This document shows, piece by piece, positions 9,430 to 18,869 of a stretch of 64,000 bases of DNA. A program made the position numbers and the translations under genes. Numbering within the stretch: position 1 is the stretch's first letter; every line of letters begins with the position of its first letter. The stretch lies in the sequence record NC_070882.1; one strand, written 5' to 3'. The notes under the pieces were generated by a model. The model did no database searches and was not told the DNA's origin. It worked only from the letters and a program-made list of their open reading frames with translations.

Positions 9430-9685
9430 GAAAGCTATAACTGCACTGTTGTATAACAACAACGTGTATTCATTTGCTTTCTTTGCTGAGACAATCAGGA
9501 AAGCTATTGAAGCTTATGATCCCAATCAACGCTTTGTAATTAGCTATCGTCGTTATATGCCACTATGGCAGAAAATCCGGATGACGATATTCCGCCAATA
9601 CTCGGATCAGATGTATGTCAATCAAATAAAGATCCAGCTTCAGACGGATAAAACCTGGGAAACTATTCTTGACGTAGAGGGATAA
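9404..9685 (+). CDS. hypothetical protein
   Basis: Fits the co-directional packed run. Confidence 0.6.
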   Translation: MKVNLVGSKKAITALLYNNNVYSFAFFAETIRKAIEAYDPNQRFVISYRRYMPLWQKIRMTIFRQYSDQMYVNQIKIQLQTDKTWETILDVEG

Positions 9686-9687
9686 AC

Positions 9688-10137
9688 ATGTCAATATTTT
9701 ACCGTTACGCTAGTCAACCTAAAACAGAAATTGTTTGGTGGAATCCCATTAGTTGGATTAAACGTGGTTGGCAAGAACTCACCACAGCTAATGCATCTGA
9801 TGGACACACGTTCTTTACAGCGTTATATTTCTGTTCTCTCCTTCTGTCAATGTGGTTGATCCATATTCTATTCGTGGGTTGGTTCCGTTGTCTGTTTATA
9901 CCTCGGTGTTGGATTGGTCGAGTTGATCAGCTGAAGGAAGGTTACATTGATGATTGGGGCACTTACACGAAAGAGGCTAGAGAATGTATTCTAGCTAATT
10001 CTGATAGCCCTCACGCAATTGTAAAAATCGTTGAACGAGTTAATCCAATCTTCATGGCAGATGAAGGTTTCTGTAGTATATACTCACCTAACTACAAATG
10101 GAAACGAAACTGGTGTGAACTTTTTTCTCGGAATTAG
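9688..10137 (+). CDS. membrane protein
   Basis: Long hydrophobic segment; RBS GAGG. Confidence 0.7.
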   Translation: MSIFYRYASQPKTEIVWWNPISWIKRGWQELTTANASDGHTFFTALYFCSLLLSMWLIHILFVGWFRCLFIPRCWIGRVDQLKEGYIDDWGTYTKEARECILANSDSPHAIVKIVERVNPIFMADEGFCSIYSPNYKWKRNWCELFSRN

Positions 10138-10189
10138 AAAATACCGAGTTAACTGATAATGTGTTATTAACTATAAACAGGAAACGAAA

Positions 10190-10747
10190 ATGTCTCAAGA
10201 AATCGATTTGACTGTATCTCCGCTGGAACCTCGTAAAGAGACTCCCCTACAACCGACTGACGTTTTTGACATCGTCCGTAAGTGTGGTCTTACTGAAGAC
10301 TTTAAACGTCTCTGCTATGAAGATGCCACTCCAGAAGAACTCGATTTTAATCCTGACGTAGTTACTGTCTACCGTCATGATCTCGGATTGAAATTCCTTC
10401 GTGGTAAAAATCTGCCGACTACGCTGGAAGATCTGAAGGATCGAACTGAAGTTCTGTTTGAAACCATGACTGCTGGTAAGATTGACTATAAAGCCGGTGA
10501 AATGATTGTTCTTTTCCCTCGCCCTGTTTATAGTGGTAGCGATCTTAAAAATAACATGGTCATTGCCATTGTTAAAGAAGACTTTAAGTTCGAATCGGAC
10601 GTAGATCTTAACTGTGGTGGCGAAGAGAATTTCGAAATTGCGATGCGCCCCTATGTAGAAGGTGGACAACTGGAACTGGTTACTAATCCTGGTCTTCGTG
10701 TGTATAGCGCGTATGAACGTTGGACTTTCCTGGAACGGTTTAAATGA
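10190..10747 (+). CDS. hypothetical protein
   Basis: RBS AGGA. Confidence 0.75.
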   Translation: MSQEIDLTVSPLEPRKETPLQPTDVFDIVRKCGLTEDFKRLCYEDATPEELDFNPDVVTVYRHDLGLKFLRGKNLPTTLEDLKDRTEVLFETMTAGKIDYKAGEMIVLFPRPVYSGSDLKNNMVIAIVKEDFKFESDVDLNCGGEENFEIAMRPYVEGGQLELVTNPGLRVYSAYERWTFLERFK

Positions 10748-11313
10748 AAATTCTTGAACAACTGACACAAAAAGGTCTGCTTGACGAATTCATTTCTGAA
10801 TTTTGTACGACCTCTGCTCTCGGTCCACAAGTTATTTCAGATCGTCTTCCCGATGCCAAGAAATGGTTGGAAAGTCATTCTATCACATTTGAGTCGAAGG
10901 GGAACATCGAAAGAACCCCTCGGCTCATTGCAGAAGCTGATTTCCGTATTGATCAATGGATGCGTGTTGTAAACAATAAGCTGGACTATCTTGAGACAGC
11001 TTATGATAAAGCAATTGAACAAGGGGTTAGTCTAAATAACAGCTTCTTCAATTACGATATCAGTGTCCTGTATACTCTTGATAAAAAGCGTCTAGATGCT
11101 TACCCAATAACTGTCGCTCGGGTTAGAGCCTTTGCAGAGAAGATCGGTGCGCAACCTTATCGTCTTCTTAATGGCGATATTAATACGAGGATAGCTTATG
11201 AGGAAGAATACTACGCTGCGTACGTCAAGGAACCATATAAGGCGATCATGGGAAACCCCGACTACTACAAGGAAACCATCGAAGCCGCGAATGAATGCTA
11301 CGGACGTCCGTGA
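10744..11313 (+). CDS. hypothetical protein
   Basis: ATGA-coupled. Confidence 0.75.
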   Translation: MKILEQLTQKGLLDEFISEFCTTSALGPQVISDRLPDAKKWLESHSITFESKGNIERTPRLIAEADFRIDQWMRVVNNKLDYLETAYDKAIEQGVSLNNSFFNYDISVLYTLDKKRLDAYPITVARVRAFAEKIGAQPYRLLNGDINTRIAYEEEYYAAYVKEPYKAIMGNPDYYKETIEAANECYGRP

Positions 11314-11569
11314 TATTTATCGCGACATCGAATCGTTAGTTCCTGTCCCACCTCCATTGAAAGAACCAATTCCAGTGAGTGTCGATCCAGTCTATTCGAC
11401 GATAAACATAGATTGGAATGAGAAGAAATCTGGTGTCAAGTTTGTACCCAGAGAACGATTCAATCTGTTTGACGGTATATCGCCGTGGACATGGTTCTGC
11501 ATCGCCTTTCTCTCTGGATGTTGGATTGGTATCGAAATCATTAGCGCTTACTTAACGAGGTCATTATGA
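11291..11569 (+). CDS. small membrane protein
   Basis: C-terminal TM segment; start uncertain. Confidence 0.6.
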   Translation: MNATDVRDIYRDIESLVPVPPPLKEPIPVSVDPVYSTINIDWNEKKSGVKFVPRERFNLFDGISPWTWFCIAFLSGCWIGIEIISAYLTRSL

Positions 11570-11877
11570 GTCTGCTCCTTTCTGCTTGTCAACGACTGCA
11601 TGCTATCGCCACTGTTGGTTTCCCCAACTATCTAAAAGATCGAGCTACTTTTGTTGGAGATAAGGAGTATATTCTCCAGGTAATTGCACATTTCGAAAAG
11701 TATCACTGGACCGAACAGTTGAGTGAAGCTATCAATGATTATGTACGCAGTCGTAAGAAAGCGCGTACATGGACAGTCACCGTTGTACCTTCGATTCTTC
11801 AACCTGGTACAGCTCTGTTTAAGTTCAAAGGTGACGATGGTAGTACTCTTTCTATTCGCATTAGGAAAGCTCTATGA
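11566..11877 (+). CDS. hypothetical protein
   Basis: ATGA-coupled; RBS GAGGT. Confidence 0.7.
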   Translation: MSLLLSACQRLHAIATVGFPNYLKDRATFVGDKEYILQVIAHFEKYHWTEQLSEAINDYVRSRKKARTWTVTVVPSILQPGTALFKFKGDDGSTLSIRIRKAL

Positions 11878-11979
11878 GAGACGATTATGAAGGTTTCTGA
11901 TTCTTGGGAAGACTACATCTTCTCTTAACGTCATATAAGCCCGGCGTTAGCTGGGCTTTATATCGATTAGGGTATTCCG

Positions 11980-12447
11980 ATGTCAGCAAAAAATAAAATC
12001 AACATAGATCTATACGAAGTGTATCTCCGCTTCATTTATTTGAATCAGGCGATAAAACTTCCACGTACTGAATTCGAGCAATTCAAAAAAGAGTTTGTCA
12101 GAAAGGTACGCTATTTTTATAAAAACGTAACCAGAGCTCCTCTCATCTGGAACAATAGTCATTATCTCGTTCAACTTTACAGAGTAATGGTTGAAGAAGA
12201 TAAAGAAGCTATTCAAAAAGAAATTCAAACCGAACTCGATTGGCTGTTCGATATTTGTCGTATTTGGATCGACTCTCCTAATTGGAATGGAGTCGGTGTA
12301 GATGAGTATGTTTACCGAACAGATCTATTCCATATCGAATCTTATTACAGATGGGTTTGGAATAGAAGGGCAGAAATTGTTTATCCTCCCTTCTCAGAAA
12401 TCAAAGAAATCTACATCGCCATCGAAAAAGAACTTGAAGGAAAATAA
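11980..12447 (+). CDS. hypothetical protein
   Basis: ORF after a hairpin. Confidence 0.65.
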   Translation: MSAKNKINIDLYEVYLRFIYLNQAIKLPRTEFEQFKKEFVRKVRYFYKNVTRAPLIWNNSHYLVQLYRVMVEEDKEAIQKEIQTELDWLFDICRIWIDSPNWNGVGVDEYVYRTDLFHIESYYRWVWNRRAEIVYPPFSEIKEIYIAIEKELEGK

Positions 12448-12448
12448 A

Positions 12449-13009
12449 ATGCAATCCAACAGTATCCGTAATCAAATCCTCGTTATGACCGATGACCCTG
12501 CTACCAGCCTGGCTATTCGCAATGTGCTTTCTAATGGGTTGACATCTCTTGGTCTTAACCACGAAGTAATGCACACCGGTCGTGAAGACTATGATAATCT
12601 TGATCCTGCTGTAATCTTGAGTAAGTTCAAAGAAGATGATTATCATCTAACTGTCAGTGAGCACGCTATTCATCCATGTGGCACTAAGGTGTCCCCACCT
12701 GTGAACAATGCGATCAACCCGCTCTGGAGTAAAGAACTCCGAATCTCCGTGCTGGGCGGTACCCATCGCGGTAAGTCGATCCTGTGTCAAGTGATTTACC
12801 ACATTCTGGTACAACACCTGAAACTGATTGATGCTAACAAGTTCACTCTGCGTGATATCGACGGTCCTCGTTTCGCTTTCGAGAGTCCTCTTGATACAGA
12901 GCATTGGCCTGCGGCAGCTGAAGCTATTAGTCGTTGGGGTATCGATCTGCGTTCGGTGTTCCTGGAATCTACCCAGAGTCTCGATCCGATCCTGCGTCGG
13001 TCCATCTGA
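12449..13009 (+). CDS. hypothetical protein with a P-loop-like segment
   Basis: ISVLGGTHRGKS is Walker-A-like; no Walker B recognised; start moved to ATG 12449. Confidence 0.6.
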   Translation: MQSNSIRNQILVMTDDPATSLAIRNVLSNGLTSLGLNHEVMHTGREDYDNLDPAVILSKFKEDDYHLTVSEHAIHPCGTKVSPPVNNAINPLWSKELRISVLGGTHRGKSILCQVIYHILVQHLKLIDANKFTLRDIDGPRFAFESPLDTEHWPAAAEAISRWGIDLRSVFLESTQSLDPILRRSI

Positions 13010-13014
13010 ATCAC

Positions 13015-13032
13015 GGGGAGCTTCGGCTCCCC
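13015..13032 (+). terminator. hairpin terminator
   Basis: ggggagc-ttcg-gctcccc followed by a T-rich tract. Confidence 0.7.
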
Positions 13033-13049
13033 TTGTTCTTTATTTTTTG

Positions 13050-13090
13050 TATTTAAACGTTTTAAAAACCTACATTACCAATTTGATATT
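13050..13090 (+). promoter_or_regulatory. early promoter variant (TACATTAC at 13071-13078)
   Basis: TATTTAAAC..TTTAAAAACC-TACATTAC-CAATTTGATATT aligns with the copies at 24261 and 24311. Confidence 0.65.
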
Positions 13091-13150
13091 CGTAGAGATA
13101 TCATTCAAATACGTAAAGAAGATCATCGATAGTCCATAGAGGAATGTTCC

Positions 13151-13555
13151 ATGAATACCGAAATCCAAACCAGCGTACATATCACCATTCTGCAACGCAT
13201 TGCAGAAGCTGTATTCGTTTACTATAATAACGCTTTCCGTCGTGAAGCTGCTAATGCCCTCCCCACTGTTGAGGTTGGTGACGCTACTGTTACCTTCCAT
13301 CATCGCTCCGTTGATCGTCGCCTGAGCTATGTCGTTGCTGAGGTAAAGGTATCTGATCGTCTGTGGAACGTCGTACAGGAATATAGCTATGGCGTCCCTG
13401 GTGGCATTGACTTCCAACTAGTTGGAGGTACAGTTTCTGATGACATCATTTCGGATATGGAAGAAGTGAACAGTTTGTTTACAGAGGCAGTTGCATATTG
13501 TTCCTCTAACTTCGATCAATACGGTAAACCTATCACGGTTAAAACTAAAGTCTAA
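13151..13555 (+). CDS. hypothetical early protein
   Basis: RBS GAGGA; follows a promoter. Confidence 0.75.
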   Translation: MNTEIQTSVHITILQRIAEAVFVYYNNAFRREAANALPTVEVGDATVTFHHRSVDRRLSYVVAEVKVSDRLWNVVQEYSYGVPGGIDFQLVGGTVSDDIISDMEEVNSLFTEAVAYCSSNFDQYGKPITVKTKV

Positions 13556-13591
13556 CTGTTTCTTCTAACCCTCATTGCAAGGATTTAATTT

Positions 13592-13930
13592 ATGGATACC
13601 GATAAGCGTTATCAAGAGCTGTGGAAGAAAACAATAGTCATGGTTGTCACCGATACGGTCATGTCGCATCCAAGTTGCTTGGATAAAGAGCATGTACATT
13701 TCTGCGATGGGACGCAGGTGATAATCGGTGATACCAGTTTTGATCCGGAAGTAAAAACCTGGACAATCGCCGTAGGTACCGGTCCTGGTATCCTTCACTT
13801 CGATGTGACCGTTCATGACGGTGGCGTAATAATTAATGACTACGCTAGTCGCGGTTGTATCGAATCTGCTGAGCTATACCGTGACTGTGCACAGGTTCTT
13901 GTGAAATGGGCCGAGTATGTAACTCGATAA
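13592..13930 (+). CDS. hypothetical early protein
   Basis: RBS AAGGA. Confidence 0.75.
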   Translation: MDTDKRYQELWKKTIVMVVTDTVMSHPSCLDKEHVHFCDGTQVIIGDTSFDPEVKTWTIAVGTGPGILHFDVTVHDGGVIINDYASRGCIESAELYRDCAQVLVKWAEYVTR

Positions 13931-13940
13931 GGAAAAAGTA

Positions 13941-14333
13941 ATGGATCAAGAATTCCATCGCCTTCGTCGTAATGAACTTTATATCCTTGAACACGATGCA
14001 ATCTCAATGGCATTGTTCAGGTTCATTCTCGATAAAGTTACACCAGAGAAGCTTCCATATATCCTCAACAACATCACTGGTCCAGATAACCACTCGGTTG
14101 ATGTGAGGATTGATTGGAAATCTGAAGCACCAGAACGTTTCATCGTCCATATCACGGCAACTCGTGACAAAGAGACATCTTGGATCGAATATGAATTCGA
14201 CATAGACTGCATGAACCATTTGACGATCTTTAAGAAATATCGTCAAGGAAGTCGCTCTGAGGGTTGGATGAGAAGTCTTCTTCATGAAGTGCTTCGCTAC
14301 GTAGCCCAGAACTGCGATGCATTAAAAGCTTAA
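13941..14333 (+). CDS. hypothetical early protein
   Basis: RBS AAGGA; ends at a hairpin. Confidence 0.75.
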   Translation: MDQEFHRLRRNELYILEHDAISMALFRFILDKVTPEKLPYILNNITGPDNHSVDVRIDWKSEAPERFIVHITATRDKETSWIEYEFDIDCMNHLTIFKKYRQGSRSEGWMRSLLHEVLRYVAQNCDALKA

Positions 14334-14448
14334 GGTGCATAAAGCCCTCTCCTTCGGGAGAGGGCACTCTATCTTTTTCTTTACCGTTAAAGATTATCTC
14401 AGATCTACATCATGTAGATGATCATGAACTCATTACTAGGAGGTGTCC

Positions 14449-14928
14449 ATGATAGAACTACATCCTATTTTGGAGTCGGTTGTACTTACAGCCATCCGTT
14501 CTTCTACCATGGCATGCGGTAGAGCGGACGAGCTTGAAGAGGAATATAGGGCATTCTTTGCCGAGCCTCAATTTAAGCGCCGGATTCCAATTAAAGATAA
14601 GAAACATTGGTTCACAGTTGAAAGTGGTCAACAATTCCTTTATCGTGAACACGTGCTTGATTTAATGAGCGGTGTGGACGATGAGGATGATGATGACGAA
14701 GACCTCGATGATACCCTAGACGAAGAGGATATGTCCAAACTTCGATTCTATCAATTGCAGATTGAAGATGGTCCGATCTATTATGGTTCATTCGATCCGC
14801 TTGATCTAATCGATCTTGAAGATGCATATGAAACGGGTATTCTCCAAACTAAAACTTGGATGGACGTAATTCTCGTTAATTGTGGATTCTTTGTTGATCC
14901 TAACGAGAAGATCCTTTTTCCTCAATAG
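14449..14928 (+). CDS. acidic hypothetical protein
   Basis: RBS AGGAGGT; DDEDDDDEDLDDTLDEED tract. Confidence 0.75.
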   Translation: MIELHPILESVVLTAIRSSTMACGRADELEEEYRAFFAEPQFKRRIPIKDKKHWFTVESGQQFLYREHVLDLMSGVDDEDDDDEDLDDTLDEEDMSKLRFYQLQIEDGPIYYGSFDPLDLIDLEDAYETGILQTKTWMDVILVNCGFFVDPNEKILFPQ

Positions 14929-14951
14929 TACTAACGCTTAACGTGGAGTAA

Positions 14952-15560
14952 ATGATGGATATTGTAGCAGAAGCATATCAGCAAGTTAAAGCTATCTTGG
15001 ATACTCGCATCCCGGCGAACGTGCTTCCGCTATGGAAAGGGCATCACACAGTAGAGTTAGCAGCAGCTATTGGTGTAGGTTATACGATTGGTTCTGGTGA
15101 ACGACGTAAAGGTTCTGGGCTACCGGTATGGACACATTTACACAATGCAGCATCCATCGGTAAAATGTTTGGGCTTGGTCCGGGTGAACAGGCTGCCTTG
15201 TGGTTACATGATATCGTCGAAGATAGTAGCTGGACTCTCGATGACGTTCTAACTCATTTCACGCCGTATATCACCAAACTTGTACAAGGTTTAACGCAGC
15301 CGAATTTTGATGCTCCTCGGAAAGTTCGAATCGATGCGTATCATCGGCAATTAGAAGAATGTTGTGACGTTACACAGACGTGCAAACTTATTGAATCTCT
15401 CACCAACGTGTATGTCATCGTTGATGATGCTCCTAAGTTTGCGCCCGTCTTCCTCAAAGAGAAATTGGACCTCTATAATCGAATGACTAAAGCTCATCCG
15501 GTAGTAAGAGATGTATTCAAGATTTTCTTAGACGAGGCATTTGCTAAACTGGAGGCTTAA
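14952..15560 (+). CDS. HD-domain RelA/SpoT-hydrolase-like protein (small alarmone hydrolase/Mesh1-like)
   Basis: RRKGSGLPVWTH, WLHDIVEDS, KLVQGLT. Confidence 0.8.
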   Translation: MMDIVAEAYQQVKAILDTRIPANVLPLWKGHHTVELAAAIGVGYTIGSGERRKGSGLPVWTHLHNAASIGKMFGLGPGEQAALWLHDIVEDSSWTLDDVLTHFTPYITKLVQGLTQPNFDAPRKVRIDAYHRQLEECCDVTQTCKLIESLTNVYVIVDDAPKFAPVFLKEKLDLYNRMTKAHPVVRDVFKIFLDEAFAKLEA

Positions 15561-15832
15561 TGTCATACTACCTTGCTTTTATAGTTGGTATAGTAACCGC
15601 TTATATCTCTGCTTATCATGAGAGTGTAGCGATAGTTATGTTCATAGGTACATCCATCTGGTTCTACCTTTATATACAACTGGAAGCACGTGGTATTTGG
15701 AAAGATATTTTCAAATGGTCACCCGTGTGGTATAAACGTTGGGTAATTGGACATAACTTTTTGATGCCATGCGTATTCGCTATATGGATTGGCTATCTGG
15801 TTGGTCCAATTGTAGAGTTGTATGCTATCTAA
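15560..15832 (+). CDS. small multi-pass membrane protein
   Basis: TAATG-coupled; 3 hydrophobic segments. Confidence 0.7.
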   Translation: MSYYLAFIVGIVTAYISAYHESVAIVMFIGTSIWFYLYIQLEARGIWKDIFKWSPVWYKRWVIGHNFLMPCVFAIWIGYLVGPIVELYAI

Positions 15833-15877
15833 ACATAGTCCTCCCTTCGGGGAGGACTTTATGTTGGATGGATATTA

Positions 15878-15918
15878 CATTTAAAACATTTGAATCACTA
15901 CATAACAAACTTGACATA
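15878..15918 (+). promoter_or_regulatory. early promoter variant (TACATAAC at 15899-15906)
   Basis: CATTTAAAACATTTGAATCAC-TACATAAC-AAACTTGACAT aligns with the extended consensus. Confidence 0.5.
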
Positions 15919-15939
15919 TACTCAAAAGAGGTTAAGGAG

Positions 15940-16296
15940 ATGAAACGCTATATAATCGCTTTTCTGATCATGATGTTTACTGGTTGCCAACCATCGTTCG
16001 CTGAACGTGATCAACAGATAACCGAAAAATCCTGTAAGATCGCTGTATCTATGTCCCGCGATGTTATCAAGATCTTTCGGAATGGCGGTGACCAGTTCCA
16101 AGCAATGTCCTATTTGAATAAGCGCATGGGCGACACTGATAACGATGACATTCGTACTGGTGCCATCTATGCACAAGTTCTTGTAATAGATATTAAACGC
16201 AACATAACTAAACGTTTTCCTGATAAAGATATTATTCAGGCCGTAATCGAAAGTTGTGAAGCTAACATGGGTTACAAATTCGCAGGGAGTAAATGA
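15940..16296 (+). CDS. exported protein with signal peptide and Cys pair
   Basis: RBS AAGGAG; MKRYIIAFLIMMFTGC...SFA signal (a lipoprotein is possible). Confidence 0.75.
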   Translation: MKRYIIAFLIMMFTGCQPSFAERDQQITEKSCKIAVSMSRDVIKIFRNGGDQFQAMSYLNKRMGDTDNDDIRTGAIYAQVLVIDIKRNITKRFPDKDIIQAVIESCEANMGYKFAGSK

Positions 16297-16748
16297 ATAT
16301 GTTCGTTCGTCTTATTGTAGGTTTTGTAATGATAGCGGTAATGAGCGTGGCCAATGCAGCGCCGGTACCTAAAGGTTTCATGCGGGATATCCGGATGGTT
16401 GACACTGAGCTCTGTGAAAAAGTCGAGATTATCGCGACTGCTCTTGCCATCGATAACATGCAGAGTTCTGTGGGTGCACGGGATCTTTCTCAACAAGTAG
16501 TTACTGCTCTTCTTAATAACGAGAGCAAAGACCCAACCAGTTGGGCAACATTCCATTTCATTTCGGTCTATTCGCCAACGTTGCACGGTAACCTCTACAG
16601 TAAAACCTACCGGCTTAGCTGGCTTAATCTGAAAGGTAATCTCAGCCAATACCCTGATTTTATTGGCGGTGCAGCTTACCTCGATTGCAAAAAAGCAATC
16701 GGCACTAAGTTCGAATACCTTCGTCCTATTGTAGGTCGCGCCCTTTAA
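16293..16748 (+). CDS. exported protein with signal peptide and Cys pair
   Basis: Signal peptide ending VANA; one Cys near each end. Confidence 0.75.
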   Translation: MNMFVRLIVGFVMIAVMSVANAAPVPKGFMRDIRMVDTELCEKVEIIATALAIDNMQSSVGARDLSQQVVTALLNNESKDPTSWATFHFISVYSPTLHGNLYSKTYRLSWLNLKGNLSQYPDFIGGAAYLDCKKAIGTKFEYLRPIVGRAL

Positions 16749-16762
16749 ACTGAGGATATTTC

Positions 16763-17212
16763 ATGAAACATGTAGCAGCTCTATTTCTTCTCGTCTTGTC
16801 CTTTGCAGTCAATGCGAATAATTATCTCGTGTTGAACGATGACGTATGTGCGTTGGTTTATCAAACCAGCATCGTTGCCGGTAATCAGATTGAGGAGAAG
16901 AACGCTAATTCTGATCAAGCTTCGATTGCTGTTCAGAATGCGTATTGGACTCTATGGAATAAAGTGAAAGACATGCCGAAATCCATGGAGTACGAAATCA
17001 CTGCAAACCTTACGGCTCTGTGGTATATCAAAGACAAGATCGTTAACTTCCATGTTGACATTACGCGATACAGGAAACAGTTTGGTCCAAATGGTTTTAA
17101 TGGGATGACTGCGACCGATCGTGCGGCTGAAAGATTGTTTTCTGCATGTCGGATGAGTAAGAGTTTCGATCCTAAACCTTTTACGGTACCTAACCCAGCC
17201 GATAAGAAATAA
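16763..17212 (+). CDS. exported protein with signal peptide and Cys pair
   Basis: RBS GAGG; signal peptide ending AVNA; one Cys near each end. Confidence 0.75.
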   Translation: MKHVAALFLLVLSFAVNANNYLVLNDDVCALVYQTSIVAGNQIEEKNANSDQASIAVQNAYWTLWNKVKDMPKSMEYEITANLTALWYIKDKIVNFHVDITRYRKQFGPNGFNGMTATDRAAERLFSACRMSKSFDPKPFTVPNPADKK

Positions 17213-17269
17213 ATGCATATGCCCTCTCCCGAAGGAGAGGGCTGTATGTACTAAAATTTTTTTCAGATC

Positions 17270-17277
17270 TATATTAC
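17270..17277 (+). promoter_or_regulatory. early promoter motif TATATTAC
   Basis: Exact motif 20 nt after a hairpin. Confidence 0.7.
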
Positions 17278-17307
17278 GTATTTGCTGAATCCATAAGGAC
17301 TTTACAA

Positions 17308-17478
17308 ATGACGTATAAGAGGAAACAGTCTATCTGGTTAATGATAATTGGACTAGTCGTCTTTGTCATTATTGCCTGTATCTACACGAAGAAACACGCT
17401 GAACGTCAAGTTGAGCAATGTAAAAAATATCCCCTTTCTTGTCAAGAGGTAGTTACACATGTCCAGCCGTTCCGCTGA
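17308..17478 (+). CDS. 56-aa membrane protein (absent from the ORF track)
   Basis: RBS AAGGA; MTYKRKQSIWLMIIGLVVFVIIACIY... Confidence 0.6.
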   Translation: MTYKRKQSIWLMIIGLVVFVIIACIYTKKHAERQVEQCKKYPLSCQEVVTHVQPFR

Positions 17479-17653
17479 TCGTCTTCAAGTACTTGTAAAT
17501 GGTGGTAAATCGGTTATCGCTACAAACCCAGATATCGCAAAACGTATCACCAGTCTTGAGATAGGTTGGGAAGAACGTTCTGGTGAATTACTTCCCACTG
17601 TAAAAATTACATTCCGAGATCCAGAACCTTTGAGGGGTGGTGTAATTGGCTAA
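17459..17653 (+). CDS. hypothetical protein
   Basis: RBS GAGGT. Confidence 0.65.
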   Translation: MSSRSADRLQVLVNGGKSVIATNPDIAKRITSLEIGWEERSGELLPTVKITFRDPEPLRGGVIG

Positions 17654-18140
17654 CAAGATCGCAATAATCCACGGTACATGGATGCCTGATCCAGATAATG
17701 AGACCGGCTGGGAACTCGCTGTCGTTCCGCTTGTTCAGACGTATTGCAATTCAAATTGTACTCGTTATATCCCTGGTGGTCAATTCAGTCTGATTAATCT
17801 GACTGATGATACTGTTCTCGATAAGGCTATTAATAACTCAATGTCATTTACGCATGACATTGAAACCTTTATCAAGGTAACAAATAAACCAGGTATTCAT
17901 CGAATGACACCTGTTCCTAAAACAGGTAGTATCACCATGCATAATCTCGGCCAGTTGGACGATGAAGGTGAAGAGTATGATGTTTACCTGATGATCCCAA
18001 GTAATATTAATGCCGCTCTTAAAGACCGGTGTTTTGAATGGGAAGGGATGTACTTACTGAGAGACATCGAGGTTGAAGAAGATGAGCTGTTGGAATTGGC
18101 TACCTTGGAACTTCTCAAGCAAGTCCGCTTCGGTGAATGA
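17646..18140 (+). CDS. hypothetical protein
   Basis: Packed + run; start uncertain. Confidence 0.65.
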   Translation: MANKIAIIHGTWMPDPDNETGWELAVVPLVQTYCNSNCTRYIPGGQFSLINLTDDTVLDKAINNSMSFTHDIETFIKVTNKPGIHRMTPVPKTGSITMHNLGQLDDEGEEYDVYLMIPSNINAALKDRCFEWEGMYLLRDIEVEEDELLELATLELLKQVRFGE

Positions 18141-18528
18141 CTCAAATGTCACGTCACTAAATAAAAAAGAGTTATCTTTTATGCTTCGAGATAGAACCAT
18201 TGTCATAGATTCTAAAGAAGAGTTCTATGACAAATATGTTCGCTACATGACAACTCAAATTCTTCGGGATATCCGTTCTGAAATGGAATTGGATGATTAT
18301 GGTGGAAATTACGCGAACGTAAAATATGATTCGTCTGGAGCAGCCTGGTTCGAAATACATGTATCCCACATACTCACAAAAGAGTTAAAACTCTCTCTAA
18401 GAGAAGCAATGGGTAAGCATGGTTGGTCAATTGAAATCATTGATGAGGCTAGCCCTACTAATGAAACAGGTGAGTCAATTGTGACCCGTATTAAAATCTA
18501 TCTCACTCATGGAGAGCTTGTCCGATGA
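18133..18528 (+). CDS. hypothetical protein (paralog family with 18525 and 23783)
   Basis: Shared L..A...xGW..E pattern; start uncertain. Confidence 0.65.
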   Translation: MNDSNVTSLNKKELSFMLRDRTIVIDSKEEFYDKYVRYMTTQILRDIRSEMELDDYGGNYANVKYDSSGAAWFEIHVSHILTKELKLSLREAMGKHGWSIEIIDEASPTNETGESIVTRIKIYLTHGELVR

Positions 18529-18869
18529 CCCTTGGTATTTCAAAATCGCTTCTGGAAGATGCAATCAAAACTCTCCGGATGGAAACCGACAATTGTTCTA
18601 TTCCGACAAAAAGTGAAGTTATTGCGATGCTGGTAGAACGCCAGGCTAATGAAGTCTGTGCAAGCATCCGTAAAAAGATCATTGAAGATCTACCTGGTTT
18701 CAATAACTTCCATTATGTCAGAAACTATGAGATTGTTGTCGAACATAAAGACGACATTGCTTTGTCTGTAAAGAAAGTTGTTAAAGCGCGGTTGAAAGAA
18801 GCAGGATGGACGAAGGTAGAGTTCTGCGAACATAGTTGCGGTATTACAAAGATCAGGATCAAGCTATGA
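18525..18869 (+). CDS. hypothetical protein (same paralog family)
   Basis: ATGA-coupled; RLKEAGWTKVE. Confidence 0.7.
   Translation: MTLGISKSLLEDAIKTLRMETDNCSIPTKSEVIAMLVERQANEVCASIRKKIIEDLPGFNNFHYVRNYEIVVEHKDDIALSVKKVVKARLKEAGWTKVEFCEHSCGITKIRIKL

Noticed and set aside
12449-13009. Functional NTPase or kinase call
   Set aside because: Only one Walker-A-like segment; no Walker B or family context
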